Source: Candidatus Falkowbacteria bacterium (GTDB lineage: Bacteria > Patescibacteriota > Patescibacteriia > Patescibacteriales > UBA12465). Taken from it: a DNA stretch of 61,749 nt. Shown piece by piece: positions 17,739-28,199 of the stretch. The stretch covers positions 1-61,749 of the forward strand of contig JAACPL010000005.1 of the NCBI GenBank assembly GCA_009995495.1, written 5' to 3'. The notes beneath the pieces are model-generated. The model had not been told where the DNA came from and made no database searches. It worked only from the letters and a program-made list of their open reading frames with translations. The translations under genes were made by a program, and so were the position numbers. How positions within the stretch are numbered: the first letter of the stretch is position 1; every line of letters begins with the position of its first letter.

Positions 17739-18017
17739 TTAGACTCCTTTTTTTAGGAAGTCTAATGCCTCTCTATTATTTTTAAATGAATAATGCTTTC
17801 CCTTTTTTCTATCAAGTTTAGCCTCTTCAAGGGCTTTTAATAAATCAACACTCGGATTACTTTCATCAAGGGAAAAATAAACTTGTTTATCGCGAATCAT
17901 TTGTCTTAAAAAAGCGTTGATTGCTCCGCTAAGACTTAAGCCTAAGTCAGCGCTTACTTTCTGCGCTTGCTTTTTTATTTTTATATCAGTTTTGATATTT
18001 ATAACGGCTGTACTCAT
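17739..18017 (-). CDS. DinJ/RelB-family antitoxin (ribbon-helix-helix)
   Basis: Best start is MSTAVINIKTDIKIKKQAQKVSADLGLSLSGAINAFLRQM at ATG 18017. The longer track ORF (to 18110) runs through the promoter and the atp terminator. Confidence 0.65.
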   Translation of the reverse strand: MSTAVINIKTDIKIKKQAQKVSADLGLSLSGAINAFLRQMIRDKQVYFSLDESNPSVDLLKALEEAKLDRKKGKHYSFKNNREALDFLKKGV

Positions 18018-18024
18018 ATTTTTA

Positions 18025-18076
18025 TAGTATATACTAAGAATATCTTTAGTATATACTACAAAAAATGATTTGTCAA
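18025..18076 (-). promoter_or_regulatory. TA promoter with two 12-bp palindromic operator sites
   Basis: Minus strand reads TTGACA (18071..18076)-17 nt-TATACT (18048..18053). The palindrome TAGTATATACTA occurs at 18025..18036 and 18047..18058, with centres 22 bp apart. Confidence 0.6.
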
Positions 18077-18087
18077 GTCCGCTATTT

Positions 18088-18124
18088 AAAAAACCGAAGC
18101 CCTTAATCAAGACTTCGATTTTTT
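18088..18124. terminator. candidate terminator after atpC
   Basis: A-run, then a CGAAG/CTTCG stem, then a T-run. The stem is short. Confidence 0.4.
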
Positions 18125-18148
18125 ATAATGTTTTAATTTAAAACCAAA

Positions 18149-18580
18149 CTACTTCTTCAACCTTCTCCATCTAGTTAAAGCCTTAAGACGAGCCATCTCT
18201 TTCTCAAGTTGAACGGCGATATTAGCAAATTGAACTTCATCAACATTCTCAAGTTCTTTCTTTCTTGCTTCGGCTCTGGCTCTTGCTTCTTCAATTCTCG
18301 CCTCATCAAGTTCATCCGCTCTCTCGGCGGTATCGGCTAAAATAATAATTTTGTCTCGCATAACTTCAATAAAGCCTCCAGAAACTGACATCACTTCTAA
18401 TTCCCCTTCTTCTAATTTCATTTCTATTACTCCCGGTTTAAGAATTGACATCAAGGGAATATGTTCCGGTAAAACGGTAATTTCACCGTCCTCGGTCGGA
18501 ACTGTAACCTGAAGAACTTGTTTTTTTAAAACAACTTTCTCCGGAGTAACTACTTCAAATTTTATCGTTTTTTTTGCCAT
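18149..18580 (-). CDS. atpC: F1 ATP synthase subunit epsilon
   Basis: 143 aa. N-terminal beta-sandwich and C-terminal helical hairpin. Last gene of the atp operon. Confidence 0.9.
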   Translation of the reverse strand: MAKKTIKFEVVTPEKVVLKKQVLQVTVPTEDGEITVLPEHIPLMSILKPGVIEMKLEEGELEVMSVSGGFIEVMRDKIIILADTAERADELDEARIEEARARAEARKKELENVDEVQFANIAVQLEKEMARLKALTRWRRLKK

Positions 18581-18587
18581 AAATTAA

Positions 18588-20969
<2,382 letters not shown>

Positions 20970-20977
<8 letters not shown>

Positions 20978-22508
20978 TGTTTTGTTCTAAATAATCAAGC
21001 GTATCTTTACAAGCAGAAATTACTTTAATTAATTCCGCCTCACTAACTTCATCTAATAAACCGCTAGTAGCAATTCTCTCTAAAGTTTCTTGAGAATTAT
21101 TTCTTGTATATTCAACCAAATCTTTTTCAAAATCAGAAATTTTTTCCAAAGGAACATTATCCATGAAACCGTTAGAAATAGCAAAATAAATTAAAACCTG
21201 ATCCTCAACTGGGACTGGGGAATATTGTTCTTGTTTGAAAATTTCAAATAATCTTTTACCTCGTTCTAATTTCTTTTTAGTTTCATCATCTAAATCGGAG
21301 CCGAATTGGGCAAAGGAGGCAAGTTCGCGATATTGAGCCGCTTCTAATTTAATTTTTCCGGCAACTTTTTTCATCGCCTTAATCTGAGCCGAGGAGCCGA
21401 CACGAGAAACAGAAATACCAACGCTAATCGCTGGACGATTACCTTGATAAAATAAATCTGGCTCTAAATAAATTTGTCCATCAGTAATAGAAATAACGTT
21501 AGTTGGAATATACGCAGAAACGTCTCCCGCCTGAGTTTCAATAATTGGTAAAGAAGTGATTGAACCGCCGCCGTAATCCTTATTTAATTTACAAGATCTT
21601 TCAAGTAAACGAGAATGGAGATAAAAAACATCTCCCGGATAAGCTTCGCGACCCGGTGCCCGTTTTAAAAGTAATGAAATTTCACGATAACTAACGGCGT
21701 GCTTTGACAGGTCATCATAAACAACTAAAACATCCTCACCCTTATCTAAAAAATATTCCGCAATCGCCGTCCCCGCATAAGGAGCAATATATAATAATGG
21801 AGCCGGATCAGAAGCACCAGCTAAAACGATGGTTGTATATTTCATCGCTCCAGCCGCTTCTAATTTAGCAACGATTCCAGCAACTTTTGATTCTTTTTGA
21901 CCAATCGCAACATAAACACATTTCATGTTTTGGCCTTTTTGATTGATAATTGTATCAATGGCAATTGCCGTTTTTCCAATCTGACGGTCACCAATAATTA
22001 ACTCTCTTTGTCCGCGACCAATCGGAATCATCGCGTCAATCGCTTTAATTCCAGTTTGCACCGGTTGCTTAACCGATTCACGACTAATAACACCGGGCGC
22101 AACTTTTTCAATTGGATAATATTTATCAGCTTTAATTTCTTCTTTTTGATCAAGGGGAACGCCAAGCGGATTAACAACTCGGCCAATCATCGCTTCGCCA
22201 ACCGGAACTTCCAATATTCTCTTCGTTGCAATAACTTCGTCACCTTCTTTAATTTTTAAAGCATCACCTAAAACAATGGAACCAACATTCCCCTCATTTA
22301 AATTCAAAACCACGCCATAAACCGAGCCGGCACTAGTTTTAAATTCAAGCATTTCTGACATCATCACTTCGGACAAGCCGGAAACAAGAGCAATCCCATC
22401 GCCAACTTCCATAACACGACCGAAAAGCTTTTCTCCGGCTTCCGGTTTAAAACCTTCTATTTGGCGTTTTAATTCTTCAACGATAAAATCTTTACTTTTA
22501 ATAGGCAT
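20970..22508 (-). CDS. atpA: F1 ATP synthase subunit alpha
   Basis: 512 aa. P-loop GDRQIGKT. Overlaps atpG by 8 nt. Confidence 0.97.
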
Positions 22509-22579
22509 ATGTTTGTGGAAATTGTTCTGACTTAGAACTTTTATTTTTCAAATTATTTTATTATTTAATATTCTTTATT

Positions 22580-22981
22580 TTAAACCGCTAAGGCTTCTTT
22601 AAATTTTTGTAAACGATTTTTAAGGCCAGCATCTAAAATTTTATCTCCATATTTAATTACGGCTCCGCCAATAATATCTAACTCAACTTTCTCACTCAAA
22701 TCCAATTCTTTCGCCCCCGAAATCTTTCTTAATTTCTCCGCTAAAGCTTTGACAGTCGCCGGTTTTAAAGCCCGCGCACTCTTTATTTCCGCTCTAACTA
22801 CTAAATTTTCTTGATACCAAAGATTTTCAAATTCAAGCGCAATTTTATCCGCTTTAAAATCATCATTTCTCTCAGTTAAAAGACGAGCAAAATTAGCCAC
22901 TATTTTTTCAAGTTCTTGGCCCTTTTTATCTTTAACTAGCTCAAAGAGAGCAAGCGCATATTGTTGGCTCTTAATTTTCAT
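22580..22981 (-). CDS. atpH: F1 ATP synthase subunit delta (short form)
   Basis: 133 aa. OSCP-like C-terminus IIGGAVIKYGDKILDAGLKNRL. Lies between atpF and atpA. Confidence 0.7.
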   Translation of the reverse strand: MKIKSQQYALALFELVKDKKGQELEKIVANFARLLTERNDDFKADKIALEFENLWYQENLVVRAEIKSARALKPATVKALAEKLRKISGAKELDLSEKVELDIIGGAVIKYGDKILDAGLKNRLQKFKEALAV

Positions 22982-22982
22982 A

Positions 22983-23477
22983 CTATTTTAAATCTTCTAA
23001 AGCTTTCTCAATCATCTTCGCATCACTAGCTTCGTTAGCTTTCTCTGGAAAAATTTTAAGCAAAGCATCGGCAATCATCTGCTCAGCTTCTTTTTTAACT
23101 TCTTTAATCGCATAATTTCTTTCGGCTCTAATTTTTTCCTTCTCATCATCAATCACAATCTTTAAATCTCCCTTAGCCTTATCAACAATTTCTTGATAAC
23201 GAGTTTCTGCTCGTCCTTTAGCCTCTTCAATAATTTCATTAGCTTCTTTTCTTGCTAAAGAAACGATTTCTTTTTTCTCTTCCTCGGCTTGAGCTAATTT
23301 TTTGGCGGATTCATCGCTATCTTCAAGGCCCTTAGCAATTTTCTGGCGGCGCTCTTCTAAAATCTTAAAAACTGGCTTATAAGCAAAACGCCATAAGACA
23401 AAAATTAAAATTGAAAAATTTACTAACTGGGCAATAAATATTTTTAGGTCTAAACCTAAGGCTTCTATTAATCTCAT
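22983..23477 (-). CDS. atpF: Fo ATP synthase subunit b
   Basis: 164 aa. One N-terminal TM followed by a long charged helix. Confidence 0.75.
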   Translation of the reverse strand: MRLIEALGLDLKIFIAQLVNFSILIFVLWRFAYKPVFKILEERRQKIAKGLEDSDESAKKLAQAEEEKKEIVSLARKEANEIIEEAKGRAETRYQEIVDKAKGDLKIVIDDEKEKIRAERNYAIKEVKKEAEQMIADALLKIFPEKANEASDAKMIEKALEDLK

Positions 23478-23493
23478 AAATTAATTTAAACTA

Positions 23494-23574
23494 AAAAACA
23501 AAGCAATCCGCCTTCGCTAACCGTACTAAACCATAGCGACTAGGCAACGGCAAGAGCTACGGCGGACGAGCTTT
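23494..23574 (-). terminator. GC-rich structured element with U-tract between atpE and atpF (candidate internal attenuator)
   Basis: On the minus strand, AAAGC..UCCGCC...GGCGGA..GCUUU encloses the inner stem CGCUA/UAGCG and is followed by GUUUUUU. It is a GC island in AT-rich DNA. Confidence 0.4.
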
Positions 23575-23589
23575 ATCTTCTAATTGTTT

Positions 23590-23835
<246 letters not shown>

Positions 23836-23902
23836 TTAATTTATATTTTAATTTTTAATTCTTACCTAGAAGACCTTCGCCCACACTTTTTTTTCTTTAT
23901 TT

Positions 23903-24649
23903 TTAAGCCGTCGCTTTCTCGGGACTAACTTCTGAAGCCATTGAAATAAAGACAAGAGTTAAAACCGAAAAAACAAAAGCTTGAACCACCGCCGTTAATA
24001 ATCCCAAAAACATAAAAGGCAGGGGAACAAAAAACGGAGCCAAAAACAACATCACCGCCGCTAAAACTTCACCAGCAAATATATTTCCAAATAAACGAAA
24101 GGACAAAGAAACAATTTTTGCAATTTCACCAATTAAATCCATTATTCCTAAAAAAGCCTTAAGGGGACTTCTTAAATTAATAAACTTTCCTATATAAGCA
24201 AAGGGGCCACTTGTAGCTATGGCAATAATTTGAATTAAAATTACTACCGAAATCGTCATCATAAAAACAAAACCATAATCGGCGACAATTGAGCGAAACA
24301 AAGGAACGATGCCGCCGGAAGTATTAATAGTAATAGCGGCTTGACCAGGAATATAGGCTAATAAATTAGAGATTAAGATAAAAAAGAACATGGTTGCCAC
24401 TAAGGGGAAAGCTCTTTCTGCTTTTTTCCCTGGACCGATAATTGATTCAGTAAAATCATAAGCGCCAGAAATTGCCATCTCAACTAAATTTTGAAACTTT
24501 CCAGGCATTAACTTAATCCTTGACTTGAAAATGATAGCGCCAACTACTAAAAAAAGCCATAGGCAAAAGAACCAAAAATAAGTATTGGTGACCGTAAACG
24601 ATCCGATGTGAAATAGCACTTCTGGTGCTAAAGAAATATTTAAACCCAT
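23903..24649 (-). CDS. atpB: Fo ATP synthase subunit a
   Basis: 248 aa. Polytopic, with the conserved Arg segment LSFRLFGNIFAGE. Confidence 0.9.
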   Translation of the reverse strand: MGLNISLAPEVLFHIGSFTVTNTYFWFFCLWLFLVVGAIIFKSRIKLMPGKFQNLVEMAISGAYDFTESIIGPGKKAERAFPLVATMFFFILISNLLAYIPGQAAITINTSGGIVPLFRSIVADYGFVFMMTISVVILIQIIAIATSGPFAYIGKFINLRSPLKAFLGIMDLIGEIAKIVSLSFRLFGNIFAGEVLAAVMLFLAPFFVPLPFMFLGLLTAVVQAFVFSVLTLVFISMASEVSPEKATA

Positions 24650-24751
24650 AAGACTTTAGGGGAAAGAAATTTTTTGACAAGCAAAAAACAGCTGACCGCT
24701 CCATTTTTTTAAACGGAAGCTCAAAACGGATAAGAGCTCAAAACAGATAAT

Positions 24752-25039
24752 TTAATTTATTTTTGGTAAATCTGGCTTTTCTGGTGCCTCTTTAATTTCA
24801 TCTCGATAGACATCCATCATCCCATTAATCTTCTTTATCTTTTTAAATAAGAGAACATTAGTCATTATAAAAGCAACTAAAATACTAATCAAGAGGGCGA
24901 CTGGCTTAGTACCAAAGATTCTGTCTAAAATTAAACCAAAACCACCAAAAACTAGTAAAGGTCCAAGAATTGAACCGATGCTGTAAAGCGAGCTAGCAAT
25001 TATTATCTCCCTCATTGATTTTTTGTCCATTTTTTTCAA
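24752..25039 (-). CDS. AtpZ/AtpI-like small membrane protein
   Basis: 95 aa with two TM helices. First gene of the atp operon. Confidence 0.5.
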   Translation of the reverse strand: MKKMDKKSMREIIIASSLYSIGSILGPLLVFGGFGLILDRIFGTKPVALLISILVAFIMTNVLLFKKIKKINGMMDVYRDEIKEAPEKPDLPKIN

Positions 25040-25120
25040 AAAAACTCTTATAACTACTTATTTTATAGCTTATTGAGATTATAAAGTCAAGGGAAAAAAT
25101 CTAAGTGCGAGGCTTAGTGT

Positions 25121-25184
25121 CTTAATTAAACAAAGCACCAACTGTCCCCAAATTGGGGACAGTTGAAATTTTTAAAAAAAAGGA
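25121..25184. repeat. intergenic hairpin element, copy B (first copy at 14536..14597)
   Basis: Perfect 11-bp stem CAACTGTCCCC-aaatt-GGGGACAGTTG (25139..25165) followed by AAATTTTT. The flanks TTAATTAAACAAA and TTTTTAAAAAAAGGA are shared with copy A. Confidence 0.6.
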
Positions 25185-25255
25185 GCGTTTATGTAACGCT
25201 CCCGAAGTGAAAATTGCCCTCATAAAATAAAAACGGAGTAGACTTTCCACTGGTT

Positions 25256-25933
25256 TTAATACTCTATACTTATTCGCAAAGGCTGATAACCTGCTATCCA
25301 GTCTGCAAGTTCAGTCATTTGTCTCAATTCATGATTAATAGATAAACAAAATTTATCCCAATCTTTAAAATATTCAACATAATAAAACGAACTTTCGATT
25401 CTTTTCCGATAACCAAGTACATAAGTTCCGGCGGGATAAACTTTTGTGCCGCAAGTATCAGCCTCTAGTAGTATGCCATAACTAAAAAGATAACTTTTTC
25501 TTAAATACTTGTCATCATCCCCATACATCCTCCTGGCAGAACTCCACCATAAATCTGTTTTTTCAATGTTTAATAAATAAGATAAACCGATCTGAACATT
25601 TTTTATAATTGGTTTACCAAGTGGCTCCCCAGACTCCTCACTCCGATTCTGATCGATAAATGTCCAGGAACTTTTGGGAAATTTTTCCCACATTTCCTCT
25701 GAACTTTTAGACACTTTGAATATGCAGTCTTCATCAAAGGAGATTAATGGGCTAGTATATTTTTCAAGAATATCAAAGGAATCTATTTCCCCAACCATAT
25801 CTTTTAAATTTTCATCAAGACCGCATAAAAACTCAGCTTTACGATCCGGCTTTGATAAGGCAGGCTTTGTAATAGATATTTCCTTTGGAGGTTCTACAGC
25901 ATTGCGACATGAAATAAAAAATGCTAATACCAT
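25256..25933 (-). CDS. orphan putative lipoprotein
   Basis: 225 aa. Lipobox-like MVLAFFISC at the N-terminus. I recognise no family. It has its own strong promoter. Confidence 0.4.
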   Translation of the reverse strand: MVLAFFISCRNAVEPPKEISITKPALSKPDRKAEFLCGLDENLKDMVGEIDSFDILEKYTSPLISFDEDCIFKVSKSSEEMWEKFPKSSWTFIDQNRSEESGEPLGKPIIKNVQIGLSYLLNIEKTDLWWSSARRMYGDDDKYLRKSYLFSYGILLEADTCGTKVYPAGTYVLGYRKRIESSFYYVEYFKDWDKFCLSINHELRQMTELADWIAGYQPLRISIEY

Positions 25934-25991
25934 TAAAATACCAATTGTTTTTTAATGAACTTTGGCTCAGCTTTAATTGTACTAACCATAT

Positions 25992-26020
25992 ATTATAGCA
26001 CACTTTCAAAAAAAAGTCAA
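25992..26020 (-). promoter_or_regulatory. sigma70-type promoter of the orphan lipoprotein gene
   Basis: Minus strand reads TTGACT-17 nt-TATAAT. Confidence 0.55.
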
Positions 26021-26036
26021 GCTCGGCGCGAAAAAA

Positions 26037-26885
26037 TTAAATCTTAAACAGTCTCTTAGCATTATTAAAAGTAATCTCGGCAACTTTTTCAATTTTAATG
26101 CCTTTAATTTCCGCGATGCGCTTAGCGACATATTGAACTAAAAGCGGTTCGTTTCTTTGACCCCGATAAGGTTCCGGCGTCATATAAGGCGCATCCGTTT
26201 CAATCATTATTTTATCAAGCGGAATTTTTCTAATTAAATCATCCCATTGTTTAGAAAAAGTTATAAGACCAGTAAAAGAAATTATTAAGCCAAGGCGAAA
26301 ATATTTCCAGGCTAAATCTTCATCACCAGAAAAACAATGAACAACGCCCCAAGGCTCGCCGGCGGGAATATTTTGTCCATATTCTTTTTTGAAAGAAGAT
26401 AAAATTTCGTATAAATCATCATGGGCTTGACGACAATGAATAATAACCGGCAAATTTAAAGAACGAGCAAGAGTTAATTGTTGCATAAAAACTTCTTGTT
26501 GTTTCTTTTTCGCTTTTTGAGTATCTGATTTTGGATCAAGATGATAATAATCAAGACCAATTTCACCAATCGCCACAACTTTTTCAAAGCTTGCTAATTT
26601 TTCATAGGAACCATAATCAAATTCTTCAAAACGTTCATAAAAAATCTTCTCACCATTCTCGCCCTCTTCCGTTTTCCCATTCTCTAAATGAATTGGATGA
26701 AGGCCAATTGCGGCATAAACCCCTTTCTGATATTTATTGGCATAGCTTAAAGCCCGGTTAGAAGTTTTATATTCCGAGCCAACTAAAATCATCCAAGTAT
26801 CATTATCCAAAGACCGGCGAATTACCTCGTCGGCATCATCCTTAAAATCTTTAAAATTTACATGAGTATGAGTATCTATAAACAT
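26037..26885 (-). CDS. tatD: TatD-family metal-dependent hydrolase/DNase
   Basis: 282 aa. N-terminal FIDTHTHVNF, then GEIGLDY, IHCR and ETDAPYM motifs. Confidence 0.85.
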   Translation of the reverse strand: MFIDTHTHVNFKDFKDDADEVIRRSLDNDTWMILVGSEYKTSNRALSYANKYQKGVYAAIGLHPIHLENGKTEEGENGEKIFYERFEEFDYGSYEKLASFEKVVAIGEIGLDYYHLDPKSDTQKAKKKQQEVFMQQLTLARSLNLPVIIHCRQAHDDLYEILSSFKKEYGQNIPAGEPWGVVHCFSGDEDLAWKYFRLGLIISFTGLITFSKQWDDLIRKIPLDKIMIETDAPYMTPEPYRGQRNEPLLVQYVAKRIAEIKGIKIEKVAEITFNNAKRLFKI

Positions 26886-26927
26886 AGATTGTGTTAATTA
26901 AATCAAGAAATTATTTACTCTAATTCT

Positions 26928-27036
26928 GGCCAAGAGCAGGAAATCAATTTTTTCACTAGTAGATTTCCTTACGGAAATCTAATGTCGTTCAAAAATTATT
27001 TTCTGCTCTTGACAAATAGTATTATAGTTCCTGGGG
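26928..27036. repeat. long-hairpin intergenic element R, copy 1 (abuts the dnaJ stop codon)
   Basis: GGCCAAGAGCAGGAAA...AATGTCGTTCAAAAATTATTTTCTGCTCTTGAC...GTTCCTGGGG. Outer, middle and inner stems form a ~100-nt hairpin. A 33-nt block matches copy 2 at 30 of 33 positions. Confidence 0.65.
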
Positions 27037-28137
27037 CTAAATATCTAAGTCCTCCAAAAGCTTTCTATCTTTTTTACTTAAACTTTTAGGAATATTAACT
27101 TTTACTTTAACGAAATGGTCACCCATTCCTCGACTCTTAAGTTTAGCAATTCCCTTTTCTTTAATCTTAAAAACTGTGCCTGATTGTGTTCCTTCGGGAA
27201 TTTTTAATTTAATCGGTCCGTAAATTGTTTCAATTTCAATCTTATCTCCCAAGATCGCTTGCTTAATACTAATTACTTCTTCCGTTCTAATATCATAACC
27301 ATCACGACTAAAATTTCGACTCGGCTTAATTAAAATACGTAAATATAAATCACCAGAACTTGCCCCCTTAAGACCTGCATCACCCTGACCGCTCAATCTA
27401 ATCGATTCACCAATATTAATTCCCGCTGGAATTTTTACTTTTAATTTTACCTCATCAATATAAGCGCCCTGACCGCCACATTTTTTACATTTCTGAGAAT
27501 AAGTTTTTCCTTCGCCACCACAAGCTTGGCAAGTTGCTTGGGTTTGAATGTTTCCTAAAATAGTTCTTTGCATCCTAATAACCCGTCCCGACCCCTTACA
27601 AGTAGAACAAGTCTCGACTCTCGCTCCGGGTTCTATTCCGCTAGCGCCACAATGACTACAAGAAACATTTTTAGAAAATTTAATTTCTTTTTCTAAACCA
27701 AAAGCCGCCTCCAAAAAATCTAATTCAAGTTCAAATTCTAAATCATGACCACGCGAGCGACTCTGACGACTAGAACCAGAACTGCGTCCGCCACCAAAAT
27801 CAAAAATATCAGAGAAGCCGCCGAACATATCACCCAAGTCATCCATATTAATATTCATCCCGCCTTGTGAAAAACCAGAAAAACCCTGGCCAAAACCTTG
27901 GCCACCGAAACCACCGCCGGCTTGACCATTTTGAAAAGACGAACCGAATTGATCGTATTGTTGTCGCTTTTGTTCGTTACCTAAAACCTGATAAGCTTCA
28001 TTTATTTCTTTAAACTTTGCCTCCTCACCGCCCTTGTCGGGATGATGTTCGTGAGCTTTCTTACGAAAAGCAGTTTTTATTTCCGCGGCGCTTGCTCCTT
28101 TAGAAACACCTAATATATCGTAATAATCTTTGGACAT
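27037..28137 (-). CDS. dnaJ: molecular chaperone DnaJ
   Basis: 366 aa. J domain with HPD, a G/F-rich region, and four CxxCxGxG zinc motifs. Confidence 0.95.
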   Translation of the reverse strand: MSKDYYDILGVSKGASAAEIKTAFRKKAHEHHPDKGGEEAKFKEINEAYQVLGNEQKRQQYDQFGSSFQNGQAGGGFGGQGFGQGFSGFSQGGMNINMDDLGDMFGGFSDIFDFGGGRSSGSSRQSRSRGHDLEFELELDFLEAAFGLEKEIKFSKNVSCSHCGASGIEPGARVETCSTCKGSGRVIRMQRTILGNIQTQATCQACGGEGKTYSQKCKKCGGQGAYIDEVKLKVKIPAGINIGESIRLSGQGDAGLKGASSGDLYLRILIKPSRNFSRDGYDIRTEEVISIKQAILGDKIEIETIYGPIKLKIPEGTQSGTVFKIKEKGIAKLKSRGMGDHFVKVKVNIPKSLSKKDRKLLEDLDI

Positions 28138-28199
28138 AAATAATTTAATTCTTAATCAGCTGCCCCTTAAAAATCAAGGGGCAACCTCAAAAAATAAAA

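Noticed and set aside
18018-18110. 31-codon extension of the antitoxin ORF
   Set aside because: It would read through the TA promoter, both operator palindromes and the atp operon terminator. The RHH domain begins at MSTAVINIK (ATG 18017).
26928-27036. The R elements as known heat-shock operators or special promoters (CIRCE, HAIR CTTGAGT-N7-ACTCAAG, CtsR GGTCAAA repeats, sigma54 TGGCAC-N5-TTGC, sigma32-type)
   Set aside because: None of these consensus sequences can be aligned without several mismatches in both copies. The inverted-repeat arms are about 75 nt apart, which fits an RNA hairpin better than a dimeric operator.
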